Shown here: one piece after another, positions 38,572 through 48,821 of the stretch
How positions within the stretch are numbered: the first letter of the stretch is position 1
Layout: each line of letters starts with the position of its first letter
Virus record (IMG/VR): IMGVR_UViG_3300027963_000035
Coordinates: 62,001-126,000 of that record
DNA length: 64,000 nucleotides
Reading direction: 5' to 3' (one strand)
Translations under genes and position numbers: made by a program
The notes under the pieces: model-generated
What the model saw: the letters and a program-made list of their open reading frames with translations, nothing else
What the model was told of the DNA's origin: nothing
The model's database searches: none

Positions 38572-38958
38572 ATGATAAGTTTAAATGATTATAAAAATTC
38601 TAAAAGCGTCAAGAGCCTAGTTCAGAAAATGTTTGAGGCACGCCAAGTGGCTCATGTTCACCATTTACAAACTAAAAGTTATAGTCAACATAAAGCCTTA
38701 AATGGATTTTATGATGGTATTCTGGATCTAGCGGATTCTTTTATTGAAACATATCAAGGTCAATATGGAATATTAAACGGATATGGAGATATTAGTATTT
38801 CTGATGTTGATATTGAAGATTATCTCCAAGATTGTGCAAAGATATTCATGCTTGGAAAAGATAGCATGAATGATAAAGACACTCATCTCAAAAATATTAT
38901 GGATGAGGTTGTAGCGCTAACTTACAGAACAATATATAAGATAAAGTATTTAAAGTAA
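38572..38958 (+). CDS. Ferritin-like four-helix protein (DUF5856-like)
   Basis: QVAHVHHLQTKSYSQHKALNGFYD.....ADSFIETYQGQYG...LKNIMDE....TIYKIKYLK; start moved to the ATG just after the upstream stop. Confidence 0.72.
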   Translation: MISLNDYKNSKSVKSLVQKMFEARQVAHVHHLQTKSYSQHKALNGFYDGILDLADSFIETYQGQYGILNGYGDISISDVDIEDYLQDCAKIFMLGKDSMNDKDTHLKNIMDEVVALTYRTIYKIKYLK

Positions 38959-38977
38959 CTCCAATTAAAGGAGAAAG

Positions 38978-39412
38978 ATGGACCTTATACAGGATGTTAA
39001 AAAAGGTAGTTTAGTTTCTTTTAACTACATGTTCCATAAGGCTGGTCATGATCCCAATCCAAATGTAATGGTAACAGCCGCAGACTCTTTTTATGTTTGG
39101 GGAATCAACGTTCATTATTTAACTTTCCCATATATAAGAAATCTATTACAAAAAAATTGTAATAATATTATGTTTGGTTACCCAAATATAAAGAGCGACA
39201 AATTTGTAACTTCGGCTTTTAGACAATACAAGAAAAATGGTATAAGGTCTTTAAAAAAACTTGATTGTGAATTTGTGTTAAATTTATTGGGATCTGCAAG
39301 GGCTCTCACTCCGGGAGAAGTTGAGGCTATAAGAAATACAATTAATGATCAAGTGAATCAGGCCATTAATCAAGTATCTGCGTTGAATCCCAATTCTAAT
39401 ATTTTAAGATAA
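38978..39412 (+). CDS. DNA end protector-like protein (T4 gp2-like)
   Basis: G..V.F.Y...DP.P.V...WGINVHYL...AFRQY...IRS pattern recalls the gp2 G(L/I)NxHYL motif. Confidence 0.6.
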   Translation: MDLIQDVKKGSLVSFNYMFHKAGHDPNPNVMVTAADSFYVWGINVHYLTFPYIRNLLQKNCNNIMFGYPNIKSDKFVTSAFRQYKKNGIRSLKKLDCEFVLNLLGSARALTPGEVEAIRNTINDQVNQAINQVSALNPNSNILR

Positions 39413-42285
39413 TCGCTAAATGATACCGCTTCCTCCATAGATTTGGAGGCAGCCTTTGCTATTAAATTCTTAATTTCTTCATCTATTTTATTTGCTTCTA
39501 CTTGAGTATCAATTAGCTTCTGTAGCAGCTTTTCATCGGCCTGAACATCTTGGTATTCTTTTCTGTATCTTTGGATAATTTCTGCAAGCTTCCTTTTACG
39601 CTGAACTGCTTCATAGATTTCGGTGTCTAGACCCGGTGCTAGTGTATAATCTATCTTAACGGAGTGGTTGGTGTTGATTCTGTATATTCTTCCCTCACTC
39701 TGCTCAGAGCTTTCAGGAGTCCAATCAAAGTCATTGACGATCATATTCTGAGCTGCGTTGGGAAAACTTATCCCAGTTCCACCCATTTTCATACTCATTA
39801 CAAGTGCTTTTGCATTGGGATCATTTGTAAATAGTTCTTTAACCTTTTCTCTTTCTGCTTTCTTTGTGCTAGAAAGGTATGTTATTACTTTAAAATTAGG
39901 ATTAATTTCTTTTAATTTAGCTGATAACTTGTTGTTTATTTGTTCGCCGGATTGAACGAAGTTTGTAAATATGACAACTTTACTTGCTGCGTAATTGTTT
40001 TCTGATTTTTCTTTATTTGAATTTATTATTTTCAAGGCTTTATCTACTGTGGAATCCACCTTTAGATGAGCAAGGATTTCTCTTGAGGCTATTAATTCTG
40101 ATATTGCTAAATTGGGATCCTTATAAGCCTTGAGTTTTTCTTTTAATTTTTTACTAAATTCTGATGTGTCTACGTCAGTTGTGTATGCATTAACTTCAAG
40201 ATTGGGCATTTCTCTTAATTCATTCTTTGTTCTTCTGACATAGACTCCCGATAGATTTAACCATCGATTTAGTTTCTCAGCGGCTTTGATCTTATCTCTA
40301 AATGTTCCTTCAATATAACTTCCACCATAACCACCGGGCACCATGCCCGCAAAATCTTTTTTAAACTTTCCTTCTTTTATGGAGCCGAGTGGGTGGCCGA
40401 TCATAATCAATTGATTCTTTACGTCCATAGGCTTGTTTGCACTTATTGTTGCACTGGCGCCCCATTTATAAGGTATGTTCTGAGTTGCGACGAGTATGTT
40501 CTGGCTTCTTTTGGACGTGCTGTGTTTTAGTTTGTGAAGTTCATCAAATATTGCTATTTCAAAATTTGTCCCGCTGACTGACTTGACAACATTATCCACT
40601 TGTTTTCCACTTGAAAAATTGTCGTAGTACAGAACGGTCCACTTCTTTGGATTCAATGCATCAGTTGAGATTTCGGATTTATCTCCTACAACATTTTTTA
40701 TCTCATCTACCCACTGCTGTTGAACCGATTTCAATGTAATCACAAGAGTTTTTGCGCCAGGAGTGTCTTGCATCTTCAACTCCGCAGCACTTATAAGCAT
40801 TGCAGTTTTTCCATATCCTGTTTCATCACCAAGTATTGCGTGATGTCTGCCGTACAAGAAGGTCACTCCATCTTTTTGCTGATCATATAATTCAAACTTA
40901 GATTCAGGTAGTTTTTCTTCTATTTTATCTTTTAATCCTTCTGGAACTTCCCCTTCGTATTTTGTCTTTTTGACTCCGCCATTTTTAAGTTTAGTTTGTA
41001 GGATTAGTTTAAGACTATTTGGGTTCTGCGTGTAATTGTCTGTTATTTCAAACATGTAACCGAATTTTTTAAGTGTTGCACCAAAAGATACATATTGTTT
41101 AAAATTACCCCTAACGATATAAGAATAGTTGTCTCTATCCCATTCGTAATTTGGAAATGTGTATTGCACAAGTTCCCTAAGGAACTCTTTTTGTTGAGGA
41201 GATACTCTTGTGTATAATATTTTTATATGAAGTTTATCGTCTCTTCCCTTGGAAGGATCTGTAAACTCTATTCTCTCACTGGCAGGCGCACTCTCGGATC
41301 CTTTTGTTGGTTTTTCTTCTTCTGAAGGATCGTCCGCAGATTGAACTGATAATTGATTCTTTTCCACAAAATCATCTATTGGTTTGGCATCTATTCCAAA
41401 TTCACTGAACTTTTTGATTACTTGGTCGTGAATCTTTCTATCCAATGATAATAAGAATCTTGTTGGGTTTCTTTCGTATGCCATTCCACTTGGAGAAAGT
41501 CCTGCTGCCTTAACCGCATCAAATAAGGCTTTACTTTTTTCAAACGGAACATTAAACTGTATGGCAAGCCTTTTGCCATATCTCTGGGTTTCTTCTACTC
41601 CTATAACATTAACATCTGAGGATGATCCGGTGTTTATTCCCGGGGCGGCAACTGCAGCCGATGCTCCTATTTTTTTAACGCCTATCTTTTTCTCACCCGC
41701 TACTAGTTCCACTATCTCATCAATGACTTCGGGCGAAACATAGTATGTATCTAGTGTGTTTTTATCTTGACTGAAGTATCGCCATGCTTCATATTGATGT
41801 TTTCCAAATTTATTTAAAGTTTTTTGGAGATTCTTTTTTTGTACTATTATCGCTTCTATTCTCCTGGATAGAGCTTTATCTATGCCTCCGGGAATTAAAA
41901 CTTTCACCTTGCCGTATTGTTTAGGAGCATTGTTATCAATTGTTATTTTGTCATCTTCTTGATCATGGAGCGACAATGAGTCTTTTATGTCTTTATTAAC
42001 TGCTGCCTTGATATCTTCATAATGAGTTACTTGGGTCTTTTTATATCTGTTTAATATTGATAAAATATTATTTGCCATTGCAACGGGTATGGTGTCTTCA
42101 TGATATTTTGGATCGCTAGTTATTCTCTTAAAAGACATAAAATCAGGCTTATTAAATCCTGTATCATCATATTCTACTGGGGCTCCTCTGCTGAACATTC
42201 CATCAAATGTGGATTTAAGCAATTGTATGCCAGGACCACCGACAAGATTTTCTTGATTCTCTACATAATTTTTAAATAAACTCAT
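39370..42285 (-). CDS. SNF2-family helicase/ATPase with a long N-terminal extension
   Basis: LYDQQKDG (Q motif), GDETGYGKT (Walker A), IFDELH (Walker B), SAT, KVVIFTNF, GGTGISF, DFDWTP...QSEGRIYR; N-terminus MSLFKNYVENQE. Confidence 0.9.
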   Translation of the reverse strand: MSLFKNYVENQENLVGGPGIQLLKSTFDGMFSRGAPVEYDDTGFNKPDFMSFKRITSDPKYHEDTIPVAMANNILSILNRYKKTQVTHYEDIKAAVNKDIKDSLSLHDQEDDKITIDNNAPKQYGKVKVLIPGGIDKALSRRIEAIIVQKKNLQKTLNKFGKHQYEAWRYFSQDKNTLDTYYVSPEVIDEIVELVAGEKKIGVKKIGASAAVAAPGINTGSSSDVNVIGVEETQRYGKRLAIQFNVPFEKSKALFDAVKAAGLSPSGMAYERNPTRFLLSLDRKIHDQVIKKFSEFGIDAKPIDDFVEKNQLSVQSADDPSEEEKPTKGSESAPASERIEFTDPSKGRDDKLHIKILYTRVSPQQKEFLRELVQYTFPNYEWDRDNYSYIVRGNFKQYVSFGATLKKFGYMFEITDNYTQNPNSLKLILQTKLKNGGVKKTKYEGEVPEGLKDKIEEKLPESKFELYDQQKDGVTFLYGRHHAILGDETGYGKTAMLISAAELKMQDTPGAKTLVITLKSVQQQWVDEIKNVVGDKSEISTDALNPKKWTVLYYDNFSSGKQVDNVVKSVSGTNFEIAIFDELHKLKHSTSKRSQNILVATQNIPYKWGASATISANKPMDVKNQLIMIGHPLGSIKEGKFKKDFAGMVPGGYGGSYIEGTFRDKIKAAEKLNRWLNLSGVYVRRTKNELREMPNLEVNAYTTDVDTSEFSKKLKEKLKAYKDPNLAISELIASREILAHLKVDSTVDKALKIINSNKEKSENNYAASKVVIFTNFVQSGEQINNKLSAKLKEINPNFKVITYLSSTKKAEREKVKELFTNDPNAKALVMSMKMGGTGISFPNAAQNMIVNDFDWTPESSEQSEGRIYRINTNHSVKIDYTLAPGLDTEIYEAVQRKRKLAEIIQRYRKEYQDVQADEKLLQKLIDTQVEANKIDEEIKNLIAKAASKSMEEAVSFSDYLKILELGFNADT

Positions 42286-43012
42286 GATGAAATATATATG
42301 AGTTTAATTTGAATTTTGGCCTCAAAACTTTTCTTTTAACATTTTTAAATTTTAGTAATCTTTCCCAATTATGTGTGTATGTATGGAATATTATCGCATC
42401 CATATATTCAAAGTCATTGATATTTTCTGGTATCTTAACATGATTTCTTTTAAAATAATTTTTATTTATATTATCATCATGAACTATTTGACTCATTAGG
42501 AATTCTTCCCTCACCCATTTATTATATCTCTCAAGCCAAACCCATAGTTCGGGGTGGGTTTCTTTTATTTTATTGAGCTTATCATTAAAGTCTTTGTATA
42601 TTTTTTTGTTAGATCCATTTCTAAACAATAGCACGCCTGAATTAATGGGCTTAAATAATTTAAAGTCTGCACTATAGGCCCACTTGTTCTCACAGCCCAC
42701 AATATCTTCTGGGTATTTATTTATTATTTTTTCTATATCATCAAATATAAAAGTGTCACTATCTATGTAAAATATATTGTCAAAGTCCAAATCGGCTAGA
42801 TATTGTTTGTTTGCTGGGAAGTATTCTGGGTCTATGTTCTTCACATACTTTGTTTCAACCATCAATTCTTCTGGAAACATGGTCTCATCATGTGTGCAAA
42901 AACATATTATTCTTATATTTTTGTTGAATTTTCTAAGCATTTTGATGCTATTAAGAGCCATTTTATGGTAATTTAGATTACCGTTTATTATGTAAACTAC
43001 CACAGAAGTCAT
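42272..43012 (-). CDS. Glycosyltransferase, GT8-like
   Basis: MALNSIKMLRKFN, FYIDSDTFIF (DxD), INSGVLLF, IIFH. Confidence 0.72.
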   Translation of the reverse strand: MTSVVVYIINGNLNYHKMALNSIKMLRKFNKNIRIICFCTHDETMFPEELMVETKYVKNIDPEYFPANKQYLADLDFDNIFYIDSDTFIFDDIEKIINKYPEDIVGCENKWAYSADFKLFKPINSGVLLFRNGSNKKIYKDFNDKLNKIKETHPELWVWLERYNKWVREEFLMSQIVHDDNINKNYFKRNHVKIPENINDFEYMDAIIFHTYTHNWERLLKFKNVKRKVLRPKFKLNSYIFHHEFI

Positions 43013-43033
43013 AAACTAATTATAGTTCAAATT

Positions 43034-44368
43034 TCAAGGACTTCCGCCATCTATATCCCCCCAAACTGGGTAGTTACCTTCGATCACCAATACTTTTCCC
43101 GGAGATCCTAGTCCGGCATTTGATATGCTATTTAGATTTTGACTATATGGCATGGCATCTGTTATCCCATAGCCAGCGAGAGTGGTTGGATTTGATCCTC
43201 CTACAACTCTACCATAATAATCCACTATGACCTTTGAATAAGGGCCGGAAACTAATCCGGGTATGACGGCTAGATCAATACCAGAAGGAGTTACGACTAT
43301 CCTACCCAGAGTTCCTCTGGCCGAAAAAGAATTCCCAGTCCTAGTCAACCCATCTCCAGCAGTTAATTGGTTGGCTCCATTAAACAAACTAAAGACTAAA
43401 TCTGTTACTCCCAAGTTGATGGTGTCGTTGGTTATTAACAGCCAACCAGTGTCCATATTTGCTGTGCCCTCTGACGCAAAGACAAAAAGTCCAGTAGTAA
43501 CATTATTGTTAGAATTAGCGTCAGAAGATCTCGCCCAGGCGCCTATTTTAACATCATATATTCCGTTTTCATATGGAAGAATTTGATTCTTAACCAACAC
43601 CCTGTCGCCAGCTACTAAAGAAATATTATCTATTGTTTGAAGACCGGTTAGATTTATATCAGCCGTTGTTGCAGCCCTGACAGATTGCTTTATATCAAAA
43701 CTTCTTCTTGAATTATCGACATATTCTTCGGTTGCTATTTTTTTATTATTTGAATAGAAACTTCCCGATGATCTTATATCCCCGACTGAAGTTAATGCCC
43801 CGGTTAAAGATAGATGTCCCAATCCAGACAAATTTAAATTACTATCGACAAATAATGGTTTATTTACGGTGGCTGTTCCTGGAGTTACCTCGTGAAGATA
43901 GTTTAATTCTGCTGCCGTCGAATTAACAGTAACAGATCCAACCCTAAAAGTCCCAGTTATATCAACCATACCAGCAAATGTATTGCTATACTGTGAGGCA
44001 AATACATTGTTTTGATTTTTTCTCGCATATTGTTCGAGTATTGCTGACCCGCCCACTGCCCCTGTTGCACCTGTAAGGCTCGACCTGGTTATAATTTCAT
44101 CATCGTTTACATACGCTTTACCTGTTCCGTTGGGCCGAAGGTATATATTTCCATTAACATCCTGAGAACTTATTGTGTTGCCATTTACGTAGATATTATC
44201 GAATTGTTTAGAAGAATAGGGAAGATTGTTCCATCGAGATATTCCATTGCCTGTTTTCTTTCTATTTGTGTCTGTTTCTAGGCCCTCTTCCCCCTCAAGA
44301 AGCAAAGGATTAACCAGTGCCCAGTTAGACGATAATGCTCTTTTTAATTGAATTAATGTATCGGCCAT
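43034..44368 (-). CDS. Tail fibre-like protein (Mtd-N/hyaluronidase-type N-terminal domain)
   Basis: IQLKRA...W...NPLLLEGE.GLETDT...KTGNG...WNNLPY; KQSVRAATT..I.LTGLQTID...GDRVLVKNQ...NGIY; VIVDYYGRV....PTTLAGYGITDA fibre motifs. Confidence 0.8.
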   Translation of the reverse strand: MADTLIQLKRALSSNWALVNPLLLEGEEGLETDTNRKKTGNGISRWNNLPYSSKQFDNIYVNGNTISSQDVNGNIYLRPNGTGKAYVNDDEIITRSSLTGATGAVGGSAILEQYARKNQNNVFASQYSNTFAGMVDITGTFRVGSVTVNSTAAELNYLHEVTPGTATVNKPLFVDSNLNLSGLGHLSLTGALTSVGDIRSSGSFYSNNKKIATEEYVDNSRRSFDIKQSVRAATTADINLTGLQTIDNISLVAGDRVLVKNQILPYENGIYDVKIGAWARSSDANSNNNVTTGLFVFASEGTANMDTGWLLITNDTINLGVTDLVFSLFNGANQLTAGDGLTRTGNSFSARGTLGRIVVTPSGIDLAVIPGLVSGPYSKVIVDYYGRVVGGSNPTTLAGYGITDAMPYSQNLNSISNAGLGSPGKVLVIEGNYPVWGDIDGGSP

Positions 44369-44442
44369 TTTTACCTTTCAGAATCTAAAATATATAGTTG
44401 TATTTTTCTTTAAAAATAATTAATAAGTAACTAATATAATTT

Positions 44443-46728
44443 ATGAAAAAAATAGTAGTTGCTCAATTTTATACAAAGAATCTATCCTATGGAAAATTTT
44501 CAGAGGAAATAAACAAAAAGTACTGTGAAGAAAAAGGGTACACTTATCATGTTGAGAAAGACACGGATAAGATAAAAACCTATATAGAAGACAGGGCGCA
44601 TACTTGGGCTAAACCCAGATTAATATCAGATGTAATGAAAAAGTATGATTGTGATTATGTTTTATTTTTAGATATGGATGCCGTTGTCTCAGATAATACA
44701 ATAAGAATAGAAGAATTTATAGATGATGACTTTGATCTAATAGCAACAGAGGACTATAGCTCACACAGCAAAATGAATGCTGGGGTTCTATTGTTTAAGA
44801 ACTCCGAATGGTCCAGAAACTTTATGAATGATTGGTGGGAAGCTGGAAATTATTTGAGAGGCGGAGATTGTTCATTTTTGGTAACAAACAATAATCAAGA
44901 AGGTTATTTTAAAAACAATCTTTGGCACGATCAAACTTGTTTAACTGTTCTCTACGACAGAAGTTCCAATGTTAGGAATAAAGTCAAGATAATAACCAAT
45001 AGAAGTTTAAATTGGCGTGAATACAATGATGGAAATTTTATTTTTCATGCCTTCGGATACGGACATATCAGAAATAGAAAAATAGATAAAATCTATTATG
45101 ATGTATTCAATATAAAAATGGACCCCAACAATAAGAGCTTAGCAGATATATCGGAATTTTACCATACTGATAAGGAATCATCTCATAAGTATATTTCTAA
45201 TTATTATGAAGATTTATTCAATCCAATAAAAGAAAATTTAAAAAGATTTTGTGAAATAGGCACAGATGGCGAGTCTCTTAAAATGTGGCGTGACTTTTTC
45301 AATAATGCCGAAATTATTGGATGTGACATTAACCCAATAAAAATTAATGAAAAGAGAATTAACTGTGTCCAGATGGATCAAAGCAAGGAAGAAGATCTTG
45401 AGAAATTTGCTTTAACTCAAGAAGATTTTGATGTCATATTGGATGATGCTTCTCATAAAATGAGAGATCAACAAATAACTTTTGCCAAACTTTTTAGGAA
45501 ACTAAAACCAGGCGGGTTATTTATTATAGAGAACCTACAGACCAGTCATGAAGCTAAGATGTCTGGGAAGCAAATATTTAATTGGGGAGATCCTAATAAA
45601 ACCACCACTCTTGAGATGCTTCAAAATTTAATATTATTAAACAACAATGTCCAATCAGATTACATATCTGATGCCGATAAAGAATATCTTAAAAACAATA
45701 TTGATTATTGTAAATTGTTGTATGAGCGGGGAGAAGAATTATCGAGTGTGACATCTGTTATTAAAAAACGAGTTAGTCCTTCTCAAATAGAAAAGACTGG
45801 CTTAGAAGGTAAAACTTTTGACAATGAAGATCTTTCTAACTCTAATGAAGATCTTCATAGTGCTAATTATGGCGGCAAGGATGTTAAAGATATTCTAACT
45901 AGAAAAATGATAAATGGAAGTTTGTCAATTGTCGTTGGAAACGAATTGTTTGGAGATCCAAATCCAGGAGTCTTCAAGAGTTTGGTTGTTAATTATAAAA
46001 ACGAAACCATGACGATCCCAGAGGGAAAAAAATTGGTATTAGGTAAAAAAGATTCCTCCCACAAGAGTCTTTCGGATATCTCTAAAAAATACCCCACCGA
46101 CAAAGATTTTACTCACAATTACTACGAATCTGTTTACGAAGAATTTTTTTACCCAATAAAAGACAATGTGAAGCTTGTTTGTGAAATTGGAATTGGTGGT
46201 TTTTTAAAGGAAGCAGGATGGGAGCCTGGAAATTCGCTAAGGGTTTGGCGTGATTATTTTAAAAATGCTCAAATTTTAGGACTGGATATTGTGAGACATC
46301 AATTGAGAGATTTGGAGAGAATAACTATAGACTGGTTGGATCAATCCAAAAAAGAACTTGTTTCCGACTATGCTGCTAAATTAAGAGAATACGACATCAT
46401 CATAGATGATGGTTCTCACAATATACATGACCAACAGATAACCTTCGTTTCTTTTATGAAATCATTAAAGAGTGGAGGGCTATTTATAATAGAAGATCTG
46501 CATTCTAGCATAGAGGTGAAAATACCAGAAAAACGTGATGTTTGGGGTTGGGGAGATCCGACAAAAATCACTACATTGGAATTGTTAGAAAATTTTATAG
46601 ATAAAAAAGAAATAATATCAGATTATTTAGATGAAGAAGAAAAAGAATATTTAAAGAATAATATAAAATCTATTCAAATTTTTAAATTAGGTCCTACTAG
46701 CATTACCTCCGTAATAGTAAAGACATAA
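44443..46728 (+). CDS. Multidomain protein: GT34-like glycosyltransferase, two class I SAM methyltransferase domains and a lectin-like insert
   Basis: WAKPRLI, LFLDMDAVV, MNAGVLLF, WHDQT; two repeats of TDK...H.Y...YE / EIG / DDxSH...DQ / GGLFIIExL; FGDPNPGVFKSL insert between them. Confidence 0.78.
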   Translation: MKKIVVAQFYTKNLSYGKFSEEINKKYCEEKGYTYHVEKDTDKIKTYIEDRAHTWAKPRLISDVMKKYDCDYVLFLDMDAVVSDNTIRIEEFIDDDFDLIATEDYSSHSKMNAGVLLFKNSEWSRNFMNDWWEAGNYLRGGDCSFLVTNNNQEGYFKNNLWHDQTCLTVLYDRSSNVRNKVKIITNRSLNWREYNDGNFIFHAFGYGHIRNRKIDKIYYDVFNIKMDPNNKSLADISEFYHTDKESSHKYISNYYEDLFNPIKENLKRFCEIGTDGESLKMWRDFFNNAEIIGCDINPIKINEKRINCVQMDQSKEEDLEKFALTQEDFDVILDDASHKMRDQQITFAKLFRKLKPGGLFIIENLQTSHEAKMSGKQIFNWGDPNKTTTLEMLQNLILLNNNVQSDYISDADKEYLKNNIDYCKLLYERGEELSSVTSVIKKRVSPSQIEKTGLEGKTFDNEDLSNSNEDLHSANYGGKDVKDILTRKMINGSLSIVVGNELFGDPNPGVFKSLVVNYKNETMTIPEGKKLVLGKKDSSHKSLSDISKKYPTDKDFTHNYYESVYEEFFYPIKDNVKLVCEIGIGGFLKEAGWEPGNSLRVWRDYFKNAQILGLDIVRHQLRDLERITIDWLDQSKKELVSDYAAKLREYDIIIDDGSHNIHDQQITFVSFMKSLKSGGLFIIEDLHSSIEVKIPEKRDVWGWGDPTKITTLELLENFIDKKEIISDYLDEEEKEYLKNNIKSIQIFKLGPTSITSVIVKT

Positions 46729-46729
46729 A

Positions 46730-47950
46730 ATGACAGAAAAAATTAATTTTATAGAAAGTGCCGTTTATGGAAGTAAGGATGTCACAGATATACTTAATGA
46801 TAAAATAAAGAAAGGATTATCTTTTGTATTAGTGGGAAATGATTTATTTGGAGATCCTACTCCCGGAGTATTTAAATATCTAGATTTAATTCACGACGGC
46901 AAAAAATTAAAGATCCCAGAAAATCAAACTTTAATTTTAAGTGATCATGTGTTGGAGGAAGAGGGTGATAAAAGCGTAATAGTTGTCATATTTTGTTGGG
47001 CAGTAAATGATTGGAAAGATAGACTTATCGCAAAGATAAATAGAATGATAAATTCTGGATTGTATGACGCTGCCGATGAGATTTATTTAACCATAACGGA
47101 TACCAACAATCAAGAAGAAGACATAAGAACAACTTTTAATAAATATAATAAATTAATAATAGAATACCACACAGATAATATACCAGAATATTGGGGAATA
47201 AAGAAAATAGATGATTTAGGAAAAACTAGAAATAATACAAATTTATTATACAGTCATGTAAAAGGTGTTTATAATAAATTTAAGAATTTTTCAACGAAAG
47301 AAATATCTCAACAAAAAATAAACAGCATAAATGACTGGGCTGAATCACTTGATTACTTCACAATTGATAGGTGGAAGGATTGTGTTGATAAATTAAACAA
47401 TGGATTCGATACAGTTGGCGTCACAAATATATTTGGCTGGTGGTGGGGTAATTTTTGGTGGACCAAATCTTCTCATATAAAGAAAAACATAGAATACAAA
47501 TACAGGGATAGGTGGTATGGAGAGGCGTGGCTACATGAGGGCAACATAAGTCCAAGCGAAATAAAGAAATATGAGATGTGGCACTATGAGTTTGATCCAC
47601 AAGGAACCGACTGCCCTAGATTTTTTTATGATGGATCATATTCATTTGAAGAAAAAAAACCAGAAATTATTTCAGCGTTTTTTGGTTTTGATGGTATCCA
47701 GCGAGATGAAGCCCAGCCACCAGGTCCTGAAAATTTAGTCGATGTTACAAATAAAGTTAAAGATTTGATCTCGGAAAAAGAGTTGAGTTTTGTTGCCGAT
47801 GAGCATGTTTTGTGCATATCTGACCCCAGTATAAATTCATTGCCTCCACACAATAAATGTTTAATAATAAACTATAAACTACCTGATATACCAGATAGAA
47901 CATTTAGATTAAAAACTTTTTCTGGGTTCAGGACAAAAATAGGTTGGTGA
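46730..47950 (+). CDS. Putative glycan-modifying protein: lectin-like N-terminal domain and a glycosyltransferase-like core
   Basis: SAVYG.KDVT...FGDPTPGVFKYL; LLYSHVKGV...DW...W.DCV.KL..GFDTVG...GNFWWTKSSHI; degenerate lectin-like repeat at the C-terminus. Confidence 0.55.
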   Translation: MTEKINFIESAVYGSKDVTDILNDKIKKGLSFVLVGNDLFGDPTPGVFKYLDLIHDGKKLKIPENQTLILSDHVLEEEGDKSVIVVIFCWAVNDWKDRLIAKINRMINSGLYDAADEIYLTITDTNNQEEDIRTTFNKYNKLIIEYHTDNIPEYWGIKKIDDLGKTRNNTNLLYSHVKGVYNKFKNFSTKEISQQKINSINDWAESLDYFTIDRWKDCVDKLNNGFDTVGVTNIFGWWWGNFWWTKSSHIKKNIEYKYRDRWYGEAWLHEGNISPSEIKKYEMWHYEFDPQGTDCPRFFYDGSYSFEEKKPEIISAFFGFDGIQRDEAQPPGPENLVDVTNKVKDLISEKELSFVADEHVLCISDPSINSLPPHNKCLIINYKLPDIPDRTFRLKTFSGFRTKIGW

Positions 47951-47981
47951 TATTTTAATTAGTTCTGCATATATAATTATT

Positions 47982-48302
47982 ATGAACTTCTACAAACTAA
48001 ACAAATTGATAAACGAAATGGCTCCCCCTGCTGTTGGACTTCAACAACCTATGGCAACCAATTCTTCCAACGACGTAACCCCAGGACAAAATACACAACA
48101 ACCTGCTCCCGAGGTTCATTCAAAACAGCAAATGAATAAAAACCTAGCTAAGATTTCCAGCAATCTTGGCGAAAAAGGAAATAAATATCAAAAACTGATT
48201 CAGTTTGTGGGAAGAAACCCTGAGATGCTTGCTCTTCTCGATGATTTATTAGGCAACGTCGGTGGCATGCAGGGATCTAAATTTGGAAATATTTACAAGT
48301 AA
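47982..48302 (+). CDS. Hypothetical Gln/Pro-rich protein
   Basis: Starts MNFYKLNKLINE; TATATA upstream. Confidence 0.55.
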   Translation: MNFYKLNKLINEMAPPAVGLQQPMATNSSNDVTPGQNTQQPAPEVHSKQQMNKNLAKISSNLGEKGNKYQKLIQFVGRNPEMLALLDDLLGNVGGMQGSKFGNIYK

Positions 48303-48303
48303 T

Positions 48304-48753
48304 TTAATCTCCAAATACTGCACACCAATAAATTTTACCTTCTGCTGAGAAGTACCCAAAACCTATATGTCCATACTCCGATGACATAATATTGGATCTA
48401 TGACCATAGGATCCCATCCAAGCTTTGACTACCTCCTCAGGCGTTCTTTGCCCAAAGGCAATGTTTTCCGCACAAGCATTATGATCCTTTAATAAAACCG
48501 ATATATTGGAATGTCTGAGAGTATTATTATTTGCCATATATTCGGCATGATTCTGGGCATATTTATTTAAACCATCATCTAATTCCAATGATTTTATGCC
48601 TCTACTATTTCTTTCAAAATTATGTAATTTAAGCAATATTAAAGTTACAGAAGCTTTCTGTGACTTTTGTTGTGTCTCTGGAGGTTTTTCTGGAATATTG
48701 GGTTCTTTATAACATCCCGCCAGTAAACAAATCGATAATAACAATTTCTTCAT
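48304..48753 (-). CDS. CAP/SCP-domain lipoprotein
   Basis: Lipobox MKKLLLSICLLAG-C; LHNFER...L...AQNHAEYM...HS, AENIAFG, WMGSYGHRSNIM, IGFG; AGGAGG SD. Confidence 0.88.
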   Translation of the reverse strand: MKKLLLSICLLAGCYKEPNIPEKPPETQQKSQKASVTLILLKLHNFERNSRGIKSLELDDGLNKYAQNHAEYMANNNTLRHSNISVLLKDHNACAENIAFGQRTPEEVVKAWMGSYGHRSNIMSSEYGHIGFGYFSAEGKIYWCAVFGD

Positions 48754-48821
48754 TTTTGCCTCCTTGCAAGTATGAAATTGATCTATATTTATATATGCAT
48801 CAAATACAGGTAACTTAAAAA

